Source: Haliotis rubra (taxonomy: Eukaryota). From it: a stretch of DNA of 64,000 nucleotides. A model generated the notes under the pieces. It was not told the DNA's origin and made no database searches. It saw only the letters and a program-made list of their open reading frames with translations. The position numbers and the translations under genes were made by a program. Numbering within the stretch: the stretch's first letter is position 1; every line of letters starts with the position of its first letter. Positions 32,996-47,262 of this stretch are shown here, in pieces. The stretch lies in contig NW_025767019.1 of assembly GCF_003918875.1 (NCBI RefSeq), positions 620,001 through 684,000 of the forward strand, given 5' to 3'.

Positions 32996-35582
32996 ACAGC
33001 AGACTGTACAACATTCCCACATTTCTCTCACAGCTGACTGTATAACATCCCCACATTTCTCTCACAGCAGACTGTACAACATTCCCACATTTCTCTCACA
33101 GCTGACTGTATAACATCCCCACATTTCTCTCACAGCTGACTGTACAACATCCCCACATTTCTCTCACAGCTGACTGTATAACATCCCCACATTTCTCTCA
33201 CAGCAGACTGTACAACATTCCCACATTTCTCTCACAGCTGACTGTATAACATCCCCACATTTCTCTCACAGCTGACTGTATAACCTCCACACATTTCTCT
33301 CACAGCAGACTGTACAACATCCCCACATTTCTCTCACAGCTGACTGTATAACATCCCCACATTTCTCTCACATGTATAACATCCCCACATTTCTCTCACA
33401 GCTGACTGTATAACATTCCCACATTTCTCTCACAGCTGACTGTATAACATCCCCACATTTCTCTCACAGCAGACTGTATAACATTCCCACATTTCTCTCT
33501 CTACAGCTGACTGTATAACATTCCCACATTTCTCTCACAGCAGACTGTATAACATCCCCACATTTCTCTCACAGCTGACTGTATAACATCCCCACATTTC
33601 TCTCACAGCTGACTGTATAACATCCCCACATTTCTCTCACAGCTGACTGTATAACCTCCACACATTTCTCTCACAGCAGACTGTACAAAATCCCCACATT
33701 TCTCTCACAGCTGACTGTATAACATCCCCACATTTCTCTCACAGCTGACTGTATAACATTCCCACATTTCTCTCACAGCTGACTGTATAACATCCCCACA
33801 TTTCTCTCACAGCAGACTGTATAACATTCCCACATTTCTCTCACAGCTGACTGTATAACATTCCCACATTTCTCTCACAGCAGACTGTATAACATTCCCA
33901 CATTTCTCTCACAGCTGACTGTACAACATCCCCACATTTCTCTCACAGCTGACTGTATAACAGCCCCACATTTCTCTCACAGCTGACTGTACAACATTCC
34001 CACATTTCTCTCACAGCAGACTGTATAACAGCCCCACATTTCTCTCACAGCTGACTGTATAACCTCCCCACATTTCTCTCACAGCTGACTGTATAACCTC
34101 CACACATTTCTCTCACACCAGACTGTATAACAGCCCCACATTTCTCTCACAGCAGACTGTATAACGTCCCCACATTTCTCTCACAGCTGACTGTATAACA
34201 TCCCACATTTCTCTCACAGCAGACTGTACAACATCCCCACATTTCTCTCACAGCAGACTGTATAACATCCCCACATTTCTCTCACAGCTGACTGTATAAC
34301 ATCCCCACATTTCTCTCACAGCAGACTGTATAACGTCCCCACATTTCTCTCACAGCAGACTGTATAACATCCCCACATTTCTCTCACAGCAGACTGTACA
34401 ACATCCCCACATTTCTCTCACAGCAGACTGTACAACATCCCCACATTTCTCTCACAGCAGACTGTACAACATCCCCACATTTCTCTCACAGCTGACTGTA
34501 TAACATCCCCACATTTCTCTCACAGCAGACTGTATAACATTCCCACATTTCTCTCACAGCTGACTGTATAACATTCCCACATTTCTCTCACAGCAGACTG
34601 TATAACATTCCCACATTTCTCTCACAGCTGACTGTACAACATCCCCACATTTCTCTCACAGCTGACTGTATAACATCCCCACATTTCTCTCACAGCTGAC
34701 TGTATAACCTCCACACATTTCTCTCACAGCAGACTGTACAAAATCCCCACATTTCTCTCACAGCTGACTGTATAACATCCCCACATTTCTCTCACAGCTG
34801 ACTGTATAACATTCCCACATTTCTCTCACAGCTGACTGTATAACATCCCCACATTTCTCTCACAGCAGACTGTATAACATTCCCACATTTCTCTCAGCTG
34901 ACTGTATAACATTCCCACATTTCTCTCACAGCAGACTGTATAACATTCCCACATTTCTCTCACAGCTGACTGTACAACATCCCCACATTTCTCTCACAGC
35001 TGACTGTATAACAGCCCCACATTTCTCTCACAGCTGACTGTACAACATTCCCACATTTCTCTCACAGCAGACTGTATAACAGCCCCACATTTCTCTCACA
35101 GCTGACTGTATAACCTCCCCACATTTCTCTCACAGCTGACTGTATAACCTCCACACATTTCTCTCACAGCAGACTGTATAACAGCCCCACATTTCTCTCA
35201 CAGCAGACTGTATAACGTCCCCACATTTCTCTCACAGCTGACTGTATAACATCCCCACATTTCTCTCACAGCAGACTGTACAACATCCCCACATTTCTCT
35301 CACAGCAGACTGTATAACATCCCCACATTTCTCTCACAGCTGACTGTATAACATCCCCACATTTCTCTCACAGCAGACTGTATAACGTCCCCACATTTCT
35401 CTCACAGCAGACTGTACAACATCCCCACATTTCTCTCACAGCAGACTGTACAACATCCCCACATTTCTCTCACAGCAGACTGTACAACATCCCCACATTT
35501 CTCTCACAGCAGACTGTACAACATCCCCACATTTCTCTCACAGCAGACTGTATAACATCCCCACATTTCTCTCACAGCAGAC
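32996..35582. repeat. 34-bp satellite array (~76 copies) with an ~1.05-kb higher-order duplication
   Basis: Unit cagctgactgtataacatccccacatttctctca; rare variants recur ~1051 bp apart. Confidence 0.95.
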
Positions 35583-35769
35583 ACTGGGTGTTTTCCTCTG
35601 CACTCTCAGTATGATTAACAGGTATGAAATGTACAATTTCTTACCTCACTGTAAGCTTTTACTGGTTGCATCAGATATGATCTACAATCACACACTACAG
35701 TCAGACTTTATTGACAAACTTGGATGTGTCTTGTCTTGAATTCACTTTCCGGCCCCTGCGATTTGTCTC

Positions 35770-38700
35770 AGATCCATTGAACATACTAGTGAGGAAGGGA
35801 GTACGCTGCTCTTATTGACACGCCAGATCCATTGAACATACTAGTGAGGAAGGGAGTACGCTGCTCTTATTGACACGCCAGATCCATTGAACATACTAGT
35901 GAGGAAGGGAGTACGCTGCTCTTATTGACACGCCAGATCCATTGAACATACTAGTGAGTAAGCTGCTCTTATTGACACGCCAGATCCATTGAACATACTA
36001 GTGAGGAAGGGAGTACGCTGCTCTTATTGACACGCCAGATCCATTGAACATACTAGTGAGGAAGGGAGTACGCTGCTCTTATTGACACGCCAGATCCATT
36101 GAACATACTAGTGAGGAAGGGAGTACGCTGCTCTTATTGACACGCCAGATCCATTGAACATACTAGTGAGGAAGGGAGTACGCTGCTCTTATTGACACGC
36201 CAGATCCATTGAACATACTAGTGAGTAAGCTGCTCTTATTGACACGCCAGATCCATTGAACATACTAGTGAGGAAGGGAGTACGCTGCTCTTATTGACAC
36301 GCCAGATCCATTGAACATACTAGTGAGGAAGGGAGTACGCTGCTCTTATTGACACGCCAGATCCATTGAACATACTAGTGAGGAAGGGAGTACGCTGCTC
36401 TTATTGACACGCCAGATCCATTGAACATACTAGTGAGGAAGGGAGTACGCTGCTCTTATTGACACGCCAGATCCATTGAACATACTAGTGAGGAAGGAGT
36501 GCATTGCTGCTCTTATTGACACGCCAGATCCATTGAACATACTAGTGAGGAAGGGAGTACGCTGCTCTTATTGACACGCCAGATCCATTGAACATACTAG
36601 TGAGGAAGGGAGTACGCTGCTCTTATTGACACGCCAGATCCATTGAACATACTAGTGAGTAAGCTGCTCTTATTGACACGCCAGATCCATTGAACATACT
36701 AGTGAGGAAGGGAGTACTGCTGCTCTTATTGACACGCCAGATCCATTGAACATACTAGTGAGGAAGGGAGTACGCTGCTCTTATTGACACGCCAGATCCA
36801 TTGAACATACTAGTGAGGAAGGGAGTGCGCTGCTCTTATTGACACGCCAGATCCATTGAACATACTAGTGAGGAAGGAGTACGCTGCTCTTATTGACACG
36901 CCAGATCCATTGAACATACTAGTGAGGAAGGAGTACGCTGCTGCTCTTATTGACACGCCAGATCCATTGAACATACTAGTGAGGAAGGAGTACGCTGCTC
37001 TTATTGACACGCCAGATCCATTGAACATACTAGTGAGGAAGGGAGTACGCTGCTGCTCTTATTGACACGCCAGATCCATTGAACATACTAGTGAGGAAGG
37101 GAGCACGCTGCTCTTATTGACACGCCAGATCCATTGAACATTGAACATAGTGAGTGAGGAAGGGAGACACGCTGCTCTTATTGACACGCCAGATCCATTG
37201 AACATACTAGTGAGGAAGGAGTACGCTGCTCTTATTGACACGCCAGATCCATTGAACATACTAGTGAGGAAGGAGTACGCTGCTCTTATTGACACGCCAG
37301 ATCCATTGAACATACTAGTGAGGAAGGGAGCACGCTGCTCTTATTGACACGCCAGATCCATTGAACATACTAGTGAGGAAGGGAGTACGCTGCTCTTATT
37401 GACACGCCAGATCCATTGAACATACTAGTGAGGAAGGAGTACGCTGCTCTTATTGACACGCCAGATCCATTGAACATACTAGTGAGGAAGGAGTACGCTG
37501 CTCTTATTGACACGCCAGATCCATTGAACATACTAGTGAGTGGAGTACTGCTCTTATTGACACGGAGATCCATTGAACATACTAGTGAGGAAGGAGTACG
37601 CTGCTCTTATTGACACGCCAGATCCATTGAACATACTAGTGAGGAAGGGAGCACGCTGCTCTTATTGACACGCCAGATCCATTGAACATACTAGTGAGGA
37701 AGGAGTACGCTGCTCTTATTGACACGCCAGATCCATTGAACATACTAGTGAGGAAGGGAGTACGCTGCTCTTATTGACACGCCAGATCCATTGAACATAC
37801 TAGTGAGGAAGGAGTGCGCTGCTCTTATTGACACGCCAGATCCATTGAACATACTGTGAGGAAGGAGCTGCTGCTCTTTATTGACACGCCAGATCCATTG
37901 AACATACTAGTGAGGAAGGAGTACGCTGCTCTTATTGACACTTCAGATCCATTGAACATACTAGTGAGGAAGGGAGTACGCTGCTCTTATTGACACGCCA
38001 GATCCATTGAACATACTAGTGAGGAAGGAGTACGCTGCTCTTATTGACACGCCAGATCCATTGAACATACTAGTGAGGAAGGGAGAACATACTAGTGAGG
38101 CTGCTGCTTATTGACACGCCAGATCCATTGAACATACTAGTGAGGAAGGAGCACGCTGCTCTTATTGACACGCCAGATCCATTGAACATACTAGTGAGGA
38201 AGGAGCACGCTGCTCTTATTGACACGCCAGATCCATTGAACATACTAGTGAGGAAGGAGTACGCTGCTCTTATTGACACGCCAGATCCATTGAACATACT
38301 AGTGAGGAAGGGAGTACGCTGCTCTTATTGACACGCCAGATCCATTGAACATACTAGTGAGGAAGGAGTACGCTGCTCTTATTGACACGCCAGATCCATT
38401 GAACATACTAGTGAGGAAGGAGCACGCTGCTCTTATTGACACCAGATCCATTGAACATACTAGTGAGGAAGGGAGTACGCTGCTCTTATTGACACGCCAG
38501 ATCCATTGAACATACTAGTGAGGAAGGGAGTACGCTGCTCTTATTGACACGCCAGATCCATTGAACATACTAGTGAGGAAGGAGCACGCTGCTCTTATTG
38601 ACACGCCAGATCCATTGAACATACTAGTGAGGAAGGAGTACGCTGCTCTTATTGACACGCCAGATCCATTGAACATACTAGTGAGGAAGGAGCACGCTGC

Positions 38701-39241
38701 TCTTATTGACACGCCAGATCCATTGAACATACTAGTGAGGAAGGAGAGTGCAGCTGCTCTTATTGACACGCAGATCCATTGAACATACTAGTGAGTAAGG
38801 GAGTACGCTGCTCTTATTGACACGCCAGATCCATTGAACATACTAGTGAGTAAGGGAGTATGCTGCTCTTATTGACACGCCAGATCCATTGAACATACTA
38901 GTGAGGAAGGAGAGTATCGCTGCTCTTATTGACACGCCAGATCCATTGAACATACTAGTGAGGAAGGAGTGCGCTGCTCTTATTGACACGCCAGATCCAT
39001 TGAACATACTAGTGAGTAAGAAGGAGACACGCTGCTCTTATTGACACACCAGATCCATTGAACATACTAGTGAGGAAGGAGATGCCTGCTGCTCTTATTG
39101 ACACGCCAGATCCATTGAACATACTAGTGAGGAAGGAGTACGCTGCTCTTATTGACACGCCAGATCCATTGAACATACTAACATACCAGAGAAGGAGTAC
39201 ACCTGCTCTTATTGACACGCCAGATCCATTGAACATACTAG
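35770..39241. repeat. 54-55-bp satellite array (~63 copies)
   Basis: Unit agatccattgaacatactagtgaggaagggagtacgctgctcttattgacacgcc. Confidence 0.95.
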
Positions 39242-40486
39242 GATCCTAGCCTGTGCTCATGGCTTCATCCAAGTGGAAGACATTCAGTGACAGCACTACT
39301 TCAGGCTGACAGCCCATGATATAACTGAAATACTGATTATTTTATAGTTAGCTCATTATGAATATACTTGTTATCACTTGTCTTAAACCAGAGGCTGATG
39401 CTGTGGCTTTTGTATCAACAACCACTCAGCAATACACGACAGCGGAATATACAAAACACAGATCTTTATTGAACATGATCAGCAATAAACAATGAGAGAT
39501 ATACACAATCGTTTTATTAGTAAAAATAATGCATCTCTTTTATTTCCCTGATTGATGCTTGAGTTATTTTTGCATCAACTGGCAAGCCATGCTTGTTATT
39601 ATATCGTGTGTCTGGCTATCTGGATTAAAAGCCATCGTATGCAGACATTCAGAAATATAGATATTTAGACAGTGATTGTCCAGGTTCTATAATCCAGCAC
39701 ATCAAAAAGCATTAAGGCACAGAAAGTGATTGTGAAGTAGTAAGGCCAGATTTGATGAAAGAACCTAGTTCACAAATTTGCCATAAAATAGAAATATGCA
39801 AAATTGAGTTTGTGTTTCTCACTCTAGAATAAAGTCAAAGATTTTAGACAAGAACAAACTTTCAAAACCAGTATAAATATATTATATATAAAAGCTTCAG
39901 TTACACCAAATGCAAATGTTTTTTACTTAAAAGCTTCAAAACAAAAAATGAGGATGACTATTTTGAAAAAACCCAAAATGATATACTGAAATTGGAATAA
40001 ATACACAATTGCTGACCTTTCAACCAAAATTTGGAGACCAAACATCCATAAACCAAACACAATTATTAAATACAGCCTCGGAACTGATGATTGCATAGGA
40101 GACACATGGAAAGCAAATGAAATAAGCAGGACTGGCACTGGAAAAGAGAAATATAAGTGTTAAAGTCTAAATAGAACCAATATCATTTAGTTAAGGACTA
40201 CTGTATATACTGGTATCATATATGAAAAAAACATAAGGAAACACAAAAAGCAACCTTAACAAAAAAAATCCAGAATAGATCTTGGACTAATACAGGTGAA
40301 AATACTGTTACCGTGGTTACTGATCTTCTACTGGGAACAAAGATGTACAAAGACAAATCAGTGTAAGGGTCAACAAAACATGACACATCACTGTGGCAGG
40401 TCATTATGTAGGATAAACTCCCTTGGTGCCATCACAAGGCAGATAACTCGGTCAACATGTGTAACATTACAGTATATTAACAATGC

Positions 40487-40592
40487 ACAAACATTAACAT
40501 GTGGAACACAAACATTAACATGTGGAACACAAACATTAACATGTGGAACACAAACATTAACATGTGGAACACAAACATTAACATGTGGAACA
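40487..40592. repeat. 21-bp tandem repeat (~5 copies)
   Basis: acaaacattaacatgtggaac repeated. Confidence 0.85.
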
Positions 40593-40643
40593 TCACAATA
40601 CATTAACATTGCAGATAACTTGATATGTGCAACATTACAAAAC

Positions 40644-43600
40644 AATATGTAATTTTCTGAATATAATTGATATTTTATACTTATCCTGACTCATGCTCTT
40701 TTGCTTGTCTTCTTCTTCTTGCGAACATAGTGGAACACTTGTATCTCCTATTGAAGCTCCCTTCAATAAAGAATAGACGTAAAATCACTCCTACCAAGAG
40801 TTATCTCTACTGCCGTTTAGGCGGGAAACTGTGGCGCCACCGTGCCCACATGCCTCACTCTCTCCTGATTATGAGTCCGACACTTGAATTTGCAGGGAAA
40901 TCCAAAGTGTCTAGTGGGGAGGCTGGGTGGGCTTACCTCATGAGTCAGGATAAGTATAAAATAGCAATTTTATTCAGAAAATTACATATTTTCCTTATCC
41001 TGACTCATGCTCTTTTGCTTGTAGAATCCGACGGATTTGGTGGTGGGAAAAGCACTTTAGGATTTCTTTAGTGAATTTTACGTCATTATACGGGAACTTC
41101 GTAATGGCACTGTATTTACTGGTAAACTCTGCTGCTGTTGCGACCCTGACCTTCCAGCTGCCTTTAAATGGGGGGACCACAATAGTTAACTTTTGGTCCT
41201 TTCTTCTGTTAACATTTTATGTGGATTTTGCGACTCTATCTCTTGATGCAAGCACCAAGTGGAGAAGCGACCCATTCCTGTACAAGTATCCTTACAAGTA
41301 CTGGGTCATATCACTTATGCTAGTTGTTAGATGTGCATTGTGACTTAAGCAGAACTCCGCTGAGTGTAAGCTTAGTAAGTCATGCGATAAAAAGGGCGAG
41401 ACTCCGTCTCAGCGCCTTAGTGGGACTGTCAATTGTTGTGTTACAATAAGTGGGCCGAAATGGTGAATGTAAGAAGAGCCGTCCTCAGTGGCGATGTCCC
41501 TCAAGTGGTGGTTGGCAAACACCATGTCCCATTTCCAGAAGCAGCCCTCCATTATCGCCCCTGATAGAGCGATTCCCAAGTATAGAGAGCGCTAAGGCCA
41601 GAGCTCTCACTTCATGTGGGTTGGAGGCTCTTGGAGGATCCAGTCCTGCTGCTTTGTAGGCCCGTAGGATGACAGTTCTGATCCAGCTTGATATCTTAGT
41701 GCAGAAGACCTTCGTCTGTGCCGCTGTTGATATCGAGACGAAAAGACACTTGAATTTCCGTCTCATGGACCTGGAACACTGTAGGTAGACTTTCCATGCT
41801 CGTACTGGGCACAAGGATAAGACCTGCGTATCCTGTGGTCCAAGGGCTGATGATAGTGTTGGGACGTGGAACTGTCTGTCTGGATGACCTGGCAGTTGAT
41901 TCTTTGCTATGAAGTCCCATCTCAGTCCCATATGCACGATATTTGATTTGTATCAAATTGTGTTCTCTCAAATCCAGAGCATGTATTTCCGACATCCTTG
42001 CTGCTGTTACTAAGGTTATCAGGAACAGCCCTTCTGTGTCAAGAACTCTAATGATGTTCTCTGTAATGGTTCGTAGATGTCACTAGTGAGATGTCGTAGA
42101 ACAACGCTGAGGTCCCATACCGGAGCTTTAAATCTCTGATGTTGGTCCTCCAATTAAAAGGGCATAGTAAGGCCAGTAACTCTGGTACTTTTGTCAGTTG
42201 CACTCGTCCTCATGACGATAACTGATCTCCATGCCGCTAGGTATGTTGAGAGCGTTGACCCTTTTAACCGCTTCCTTTGTCTAGGTGACAAAGGTAGTCC
42301 GCCACTTCAGGATGTGTCACTTTCATGGCTGTGAAGCCGATCCTCGAAACGTATCTTTTGTCTCAAAACGTCACTACTTGTCGTCAGACAAGTTGCGTGA
42401 AGACTTGCGTAAAGCTAGTGTGACTGCTTTCGCTGCTCTGGCAAAATATCCTCTCTTGTTTAAGCATGCCTGATACCGTCCACACGTGTAGCCGGAACAC
42501 CTCCGGGTTTCCGTGCGCCTGCTTTGTGTGAGGATGTACTAGTAGATTCGTACACTCTGGTAGTTGCAGTAGAGGCAGTCCTAGGTCTTGTATGAGAATA
42601 GGAATTCATATTCTCGCTGGTCAAAAGGTGTGCCCTAAATAGTTGTGGGTCTCTCGCCTGACTGATTTCTGTAATACCCTAGGTATTAGAGCTGGTGGAG
42701 AAACACGTAAGTGTTTAGTCCTAGGCAGGAGATGCTTCGCATGTCCGTTGCCCCTGTCCGTGGATCTGGTTGAAGATCTCTGAATGTAGCATCCAGTCTG
42801 TTGAGAATGGCTGCGTTGGACAGGATAGTGTATCTGCTAACCCATTCTTGGTTCTTGGAATGTGGCATACTCTGCTGTGGACAGACAGGTTGACTGTTAT
42901 GCTGATCAACTGAAAGCAGAGGTCCAGAAGGTTCGCCAACTTTGTTGATCCTTCTGTGGATGTAGACCGTCACTGTGGAGGTGACTGTGTGTACCATTAG
43001 ATGAGCATTTTATAAAAAAGCTGATCCGGTGGAGTATGGCGTTTATCGCTGCTTTCATTTCCAGCATATGGAAGTGCAGATCGCCTCTGCTATGGTCCAT
43101 ATCCCAGCTGACACATTGTTGACAAGGTGTGCTCCCACTCTAGGAGAGATGCGCCCCCATAGAGATGCGCCTTGTACTGCAAACCCCGCACTAATTAGGT
43201 GCGCCTGCAACCCTCCTCGCGACGGAGTTCACCATATATAGATATGGGTTATAACCTGTCCGGATCGTCCGTTGTACATTCATGAAGACCAGTAGTGGGC
43301 GAAGTTGTAATTCCCTCTGCCTGTAATGTCTTGTGCTGACGCGGCGAAAACCAACAGATTCCGCTACTGTAGTAAAACGGAGAGAGTAGTGCTTGAGATA
43401 CAAGAACTTGTATCTATATCCTACGATCTTGACACCCTTACCGCGTCTGTAAGGAAATGAAGCGATGGCCGACTCTGTGACTGCCATCGCTATAACTCTA
43501 TGTAAAAATCGCCTGGCTGCCACGCCCTCGCCTTCAATGATGACAGGGGAGGTCTCTAACCCCATGAAGGCAGCCAAATCACGGGGTCCAGTCTAACTGG

Positions 43601-46600
43601 ACTGTAATGGAGGAGTTGCTCGCCGCTGACATGTTGTTGTCACTTGTAACCCATTTCTTGATCTGTGAACTACGTCCGACCTCTGCTCAGGGCGTTGTCC
43701 CTCGCGGTCCAATCAAAACAAAGCATTTTGATTCTTTAGGCTAGCCGCTGTGATGTCACCGGTGTAGCAGGAAAAAGATCCTTGTAGAATCTAGTGCCGC
43801 CGCTGATATCTGATCAATCGCCGGTCTTGTCCGTAGCTTTCCGGGTTACACGAGTGACCACGCAGGTCGAGGGTTAAATGGTAAACTCGCGAATATTTCG
43901 CTATTTAAGCCGCAATATCGATGCTGGGTAGGCTGTTTTCCTGGCTGCTGTGACTCTTACTTCAGTTTTGAAGATAATGCCATCGTCCTTATACATAGGC
44001 TCAACTGAACTTCCACGTTGTCAGCTTGTAGACTGCATACATCAATGAAGCGTCGTAATTGTAGAATTAATGCTGAACTTGTTGTAAATTTTACTCAGGG
44101 AATCGGTGACGAGTATGTAATTTCCTAGCTGTAGCAAGGCTGCTGTTGAACTCCGCCAGTGAGAATGTCTGCAGATCTGTACGAAGGTGAAGATCTCCAT
44201 AAGGCCATGAATCTTCTAATGTAGATATATCAATCTATGTGAATCCCGTCCTGGATTCCGTCTGAAGATCCGAGCTAGTGATGAATTCTGACAAGAGTAC
44301 CTCTCTTGTACTGTATGACCTATCTTCAGTCTGTGTACCGACGAAGATCTTTTCCCTTCTAGGATGACGCTACTTTGTGTCCTAGTTGAATAACCTCGAC
44401 GATCTGCGTAGTGATCTGCGTGGTGGTCGGCTTGGTGTGACTGTATGGCTTTGCATGTAGATAATCGTCTTGTAGTCGGGATTGCCTACCTGGCAATATA
44501 TACGGAAATGGTGATTCCCGTGATGATCTGCGAAGCGTCGTTGATGCCCTTGATGTAGGTAGTTGGTCTGAAGATCCTTTATTAGGCTCTTCATCTGTTG
44601 ACCGTCTCTGAAGATAGCGCTGTCCTTCGCGCAAGTTGTAGACTATATGTAGCGTTCTGTTAAGAAGTTAAGTACTGCGACGTCTCTGCCTTGTGGATGG
44701 CCTGTGCAAATGCCTTTGCGCAGGCTCGGTGATGACATGTAGCGTTCTGTTGAGAAAGTAAGTACTGCGGCGTTTCTGCGTTGTAGATGGCCTGCGCGAA
44801 TGCCTTCGTGCAGGCTTGTAGACGGCATGTGGCGTACAGTAGAGAGACGAAGTACTGCGATGTCTCTGCTTCGCTGGAGACCTGTATGGGAATCTGCGTG
44901 GAAATCGGCGAGGAGATCGACGTGGTAAATAGCCCGACGAACTGTGCCTGTAGGTTGACCTGTAGGTACGCGAAGGTCCTGGTGAATCCTCGACGATCTA
45001 TAGGACGAAGATGCTTGTATACTGTATCTGACGTCCTTCGCGAAGGCCTCATCTGAGTCCGCACTTGGGGAGTGGCGACTGGTGCTTCGCGAACGTCTTC
45101 GCGAAAACGCTGGTCGTCCGATTCTGTATCCGGGGATGGAAGAATTTTCCTTCGCAAACGCTGATTCCGCATCTGGGGGATAGCGACTGGTCCTTCGCGA
45201 ACGCTGGTGGTCCAATTCTGTATCCAGGGATGGAAGAATTCTCCTTCGTGAATGCCTTCGCGAACGCTGATTCCGCATCTGGGGGATGGCGACTGGTCCT
45301 TCGTCGCTTCTCGCTTGGCGAACGCTTCTGTATCCGGGGATGGCAATTCCTCCTTCGCGAACGCCTTCTCGAATGCTGATCGTCCGTGTCCGCCGCAGGG
45401 GATGGTTGAGTCGACCTTCGCGAAGGCTGGCCTGTAGTGTAGATCTGCTGCCAGATGTCACGTTGATGGAGGGTCCCTCAGAGACGACGTCTGCGTTGGA
45501 ACCTTCGCGAGGGCTCGGGACCTCGTTGTGGGCTGTGATGTCTTCTCCAGGCCGTAACGCTGTTCATTTCCTGCATAAGGTCCCCCCGGTTTGAAGGTCT
45601 GCGGTGGTAGTAGCGCTGCCCTTTCTGCGTTGATAGCGACATGGCCCACAGGACGCTCATCTGTTGTCATCGTAGATACCTCAGGTACCGTGGAGATCTG
45701 CGCTGAAGTCACCGTAGCTGACTGGTCGCTACTTGTGATGAACCTCTGGGAAGATGATCGGGTTGATCATCGGAGAGTCCCTGTACCGTCAACGGAACAA
45801 TCTCGGCAGAAAGTCCTTGTAGTCTCGCAGAGACGTCCCGTAGAGTTGTCGCCATCTAAGGGGTGTGTAGCCTTCTCTGGGTAGAGGATGGCGCCTATAC
45901 ATCGCCTGCCATGATTGTAGAGCTGCCCTCTCTGCGTTGATAGCGATATGGTCCGGAGATCGCCTCATCTGTCGCCCTCGGACTGCGTGCTGTATCTCTG
46001 GGATGATCAGCAGTGGCTTATCATGAAGCCCTCTCACTGGCATCAGGATGAGGCTTCATTCTGCGTGAGGATGGCTTCTTCTACGCCTGCGTTGAGGGGT
46101 TGTCCGATGTAGAAGCCAACGTCTTCGGCAGCAAGGTGGACAACATCCCACCCATCCTCCAAGGATATCTCCGCAGGTCACTTGATGGTAGTAAGTCGCC
46201 TACAGCAGTAGACAGCTCATGAGGGACTCAGCCAGTTACCCATGACTTGGAAGTCACCTGGATAGTTGATAGTACGTCCTAAGCACGGAGAAAAATTATA
46301 TATTAATTTGAATTTCAATTAAAAGCTGATAAAGATTACAGCTATAGCTGGAAGTACATATTGTTGTGCAGCTAGGGCACAATCAACGCGGGTCTGCAGC
46401 AGCGAATCTAAATCAACAACGAAAATAGGTTATCATGAAATGTAAACAACTGAACAAATACGGACAATACCGTGAATAAACAGTGCTAAATACGATTAAA
46501 TATCCAACCATATTGTTGTAGGATACTAACTAAACCTCTATAAAAGTAGAATAGAGGAGAATAACTTATTAATTAAAGGATATAGTGCCGTTTAGGAGAC

Positions 46601-46826
46601 ACAGGTGCTCTCACAACCTGCCCACAGGGCGAAGAAGGAGAGAGTGAGGCATGTGGGCAGGGTGGCGCCACAGTTTCCTGCCTAAACGGCTGGAGAGATA
46701 ACTCTTGGTAGGAGTGATTTTACGTCTATTCTTTATTGAAGGGAGCTTCAATAGGAGATACAAGTGTTCCACTATGTTCGCAAGAAGAAGAAGACAAGCA
46801 AAAGAGCATGAGTCAGGATAAGGAAA
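40644..46826 (-). mobile_element. DIRS1-type tyrosine-recombinase retrotransposon, degenerate
   Basis: ~185-bp inverted terminal repeats (40681-40866 / 46637-46822); internal complementary region 40938-41022 pairs with both ends. YR fragments APVWDLSVVLRHL, TAARMSEIHALD, LCPVRAWKVYL, PHEVRALA; RNase H fragments HMLEMKAAINA, HIPRTKNGLADTLS; repetitive gag-like region 44600-46200. Confidence 0.9.
41485..42420 (-). pseudogene. DIRS tyrosine recombinase, frameshifted
   Basis: Catalytic R (ARMSEIHAL) and H-x-x-R (PHEVRA) motifs spread over several frames. Confidence 0.8.
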
Positions 46827-47179
46827 AATAACATATACTCTGTTTAACAATACACAGTGGGTAGGAATATGTAGAAATAACACTACATTGATATAGAAAA
46901 TATAGCTTGTCTCATCCTCATTCTCAAAGAATTTGTTTTGTTCTGATTATATTGAATATTAGTTTTTGACATGTTCATGTTTACAACCTTGTCCATGTTT
47001 ACAAATAATGCTAGCAACGACTCAACATCGGCTGATCTCCAGTGCAGAACTTCTGCCATGGCTGCCATCAGCAGTGGCAGATTTCGATGGACATTCCCGC
47101 CAATCTTCAACAAATGCACTCAGCTTTCTATCACACCTTCTTACAACTTACAGTGACATATCATTTACAGTGAAACCAT

Positions 47180-47262
47180 AAGGAAGATTGTTTTTATGGA
47201 TGGCAAGTTGTTTATATTGAGGAACACAACGTTTCGGTGTATATCCAAACTCTTTCATCAGA
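47180..47262 (-). mobile_element. Penelope-like terminal-repeat remnant with hammerhead-like core
   Basis: Minus strand CTGATGAAAGAGTTTGGATATACACCGAAACGTTGTG..ATAAACAACTTGCCATCCATA, similar to the 22150 copy. Confidence 0.5.

Noticed and set aside
32996-39241. Regular arrays resembling CRISPR
   Set aside because: Head-to-tail satellites with no unique spacers, no cas genes and a eukaryotic context.
35645-39325. Minus-strand exon bounded by an acceptor near 39325 and a donor near 35644
   Set aside because: Stops in all three frames and no supporting partner exons.
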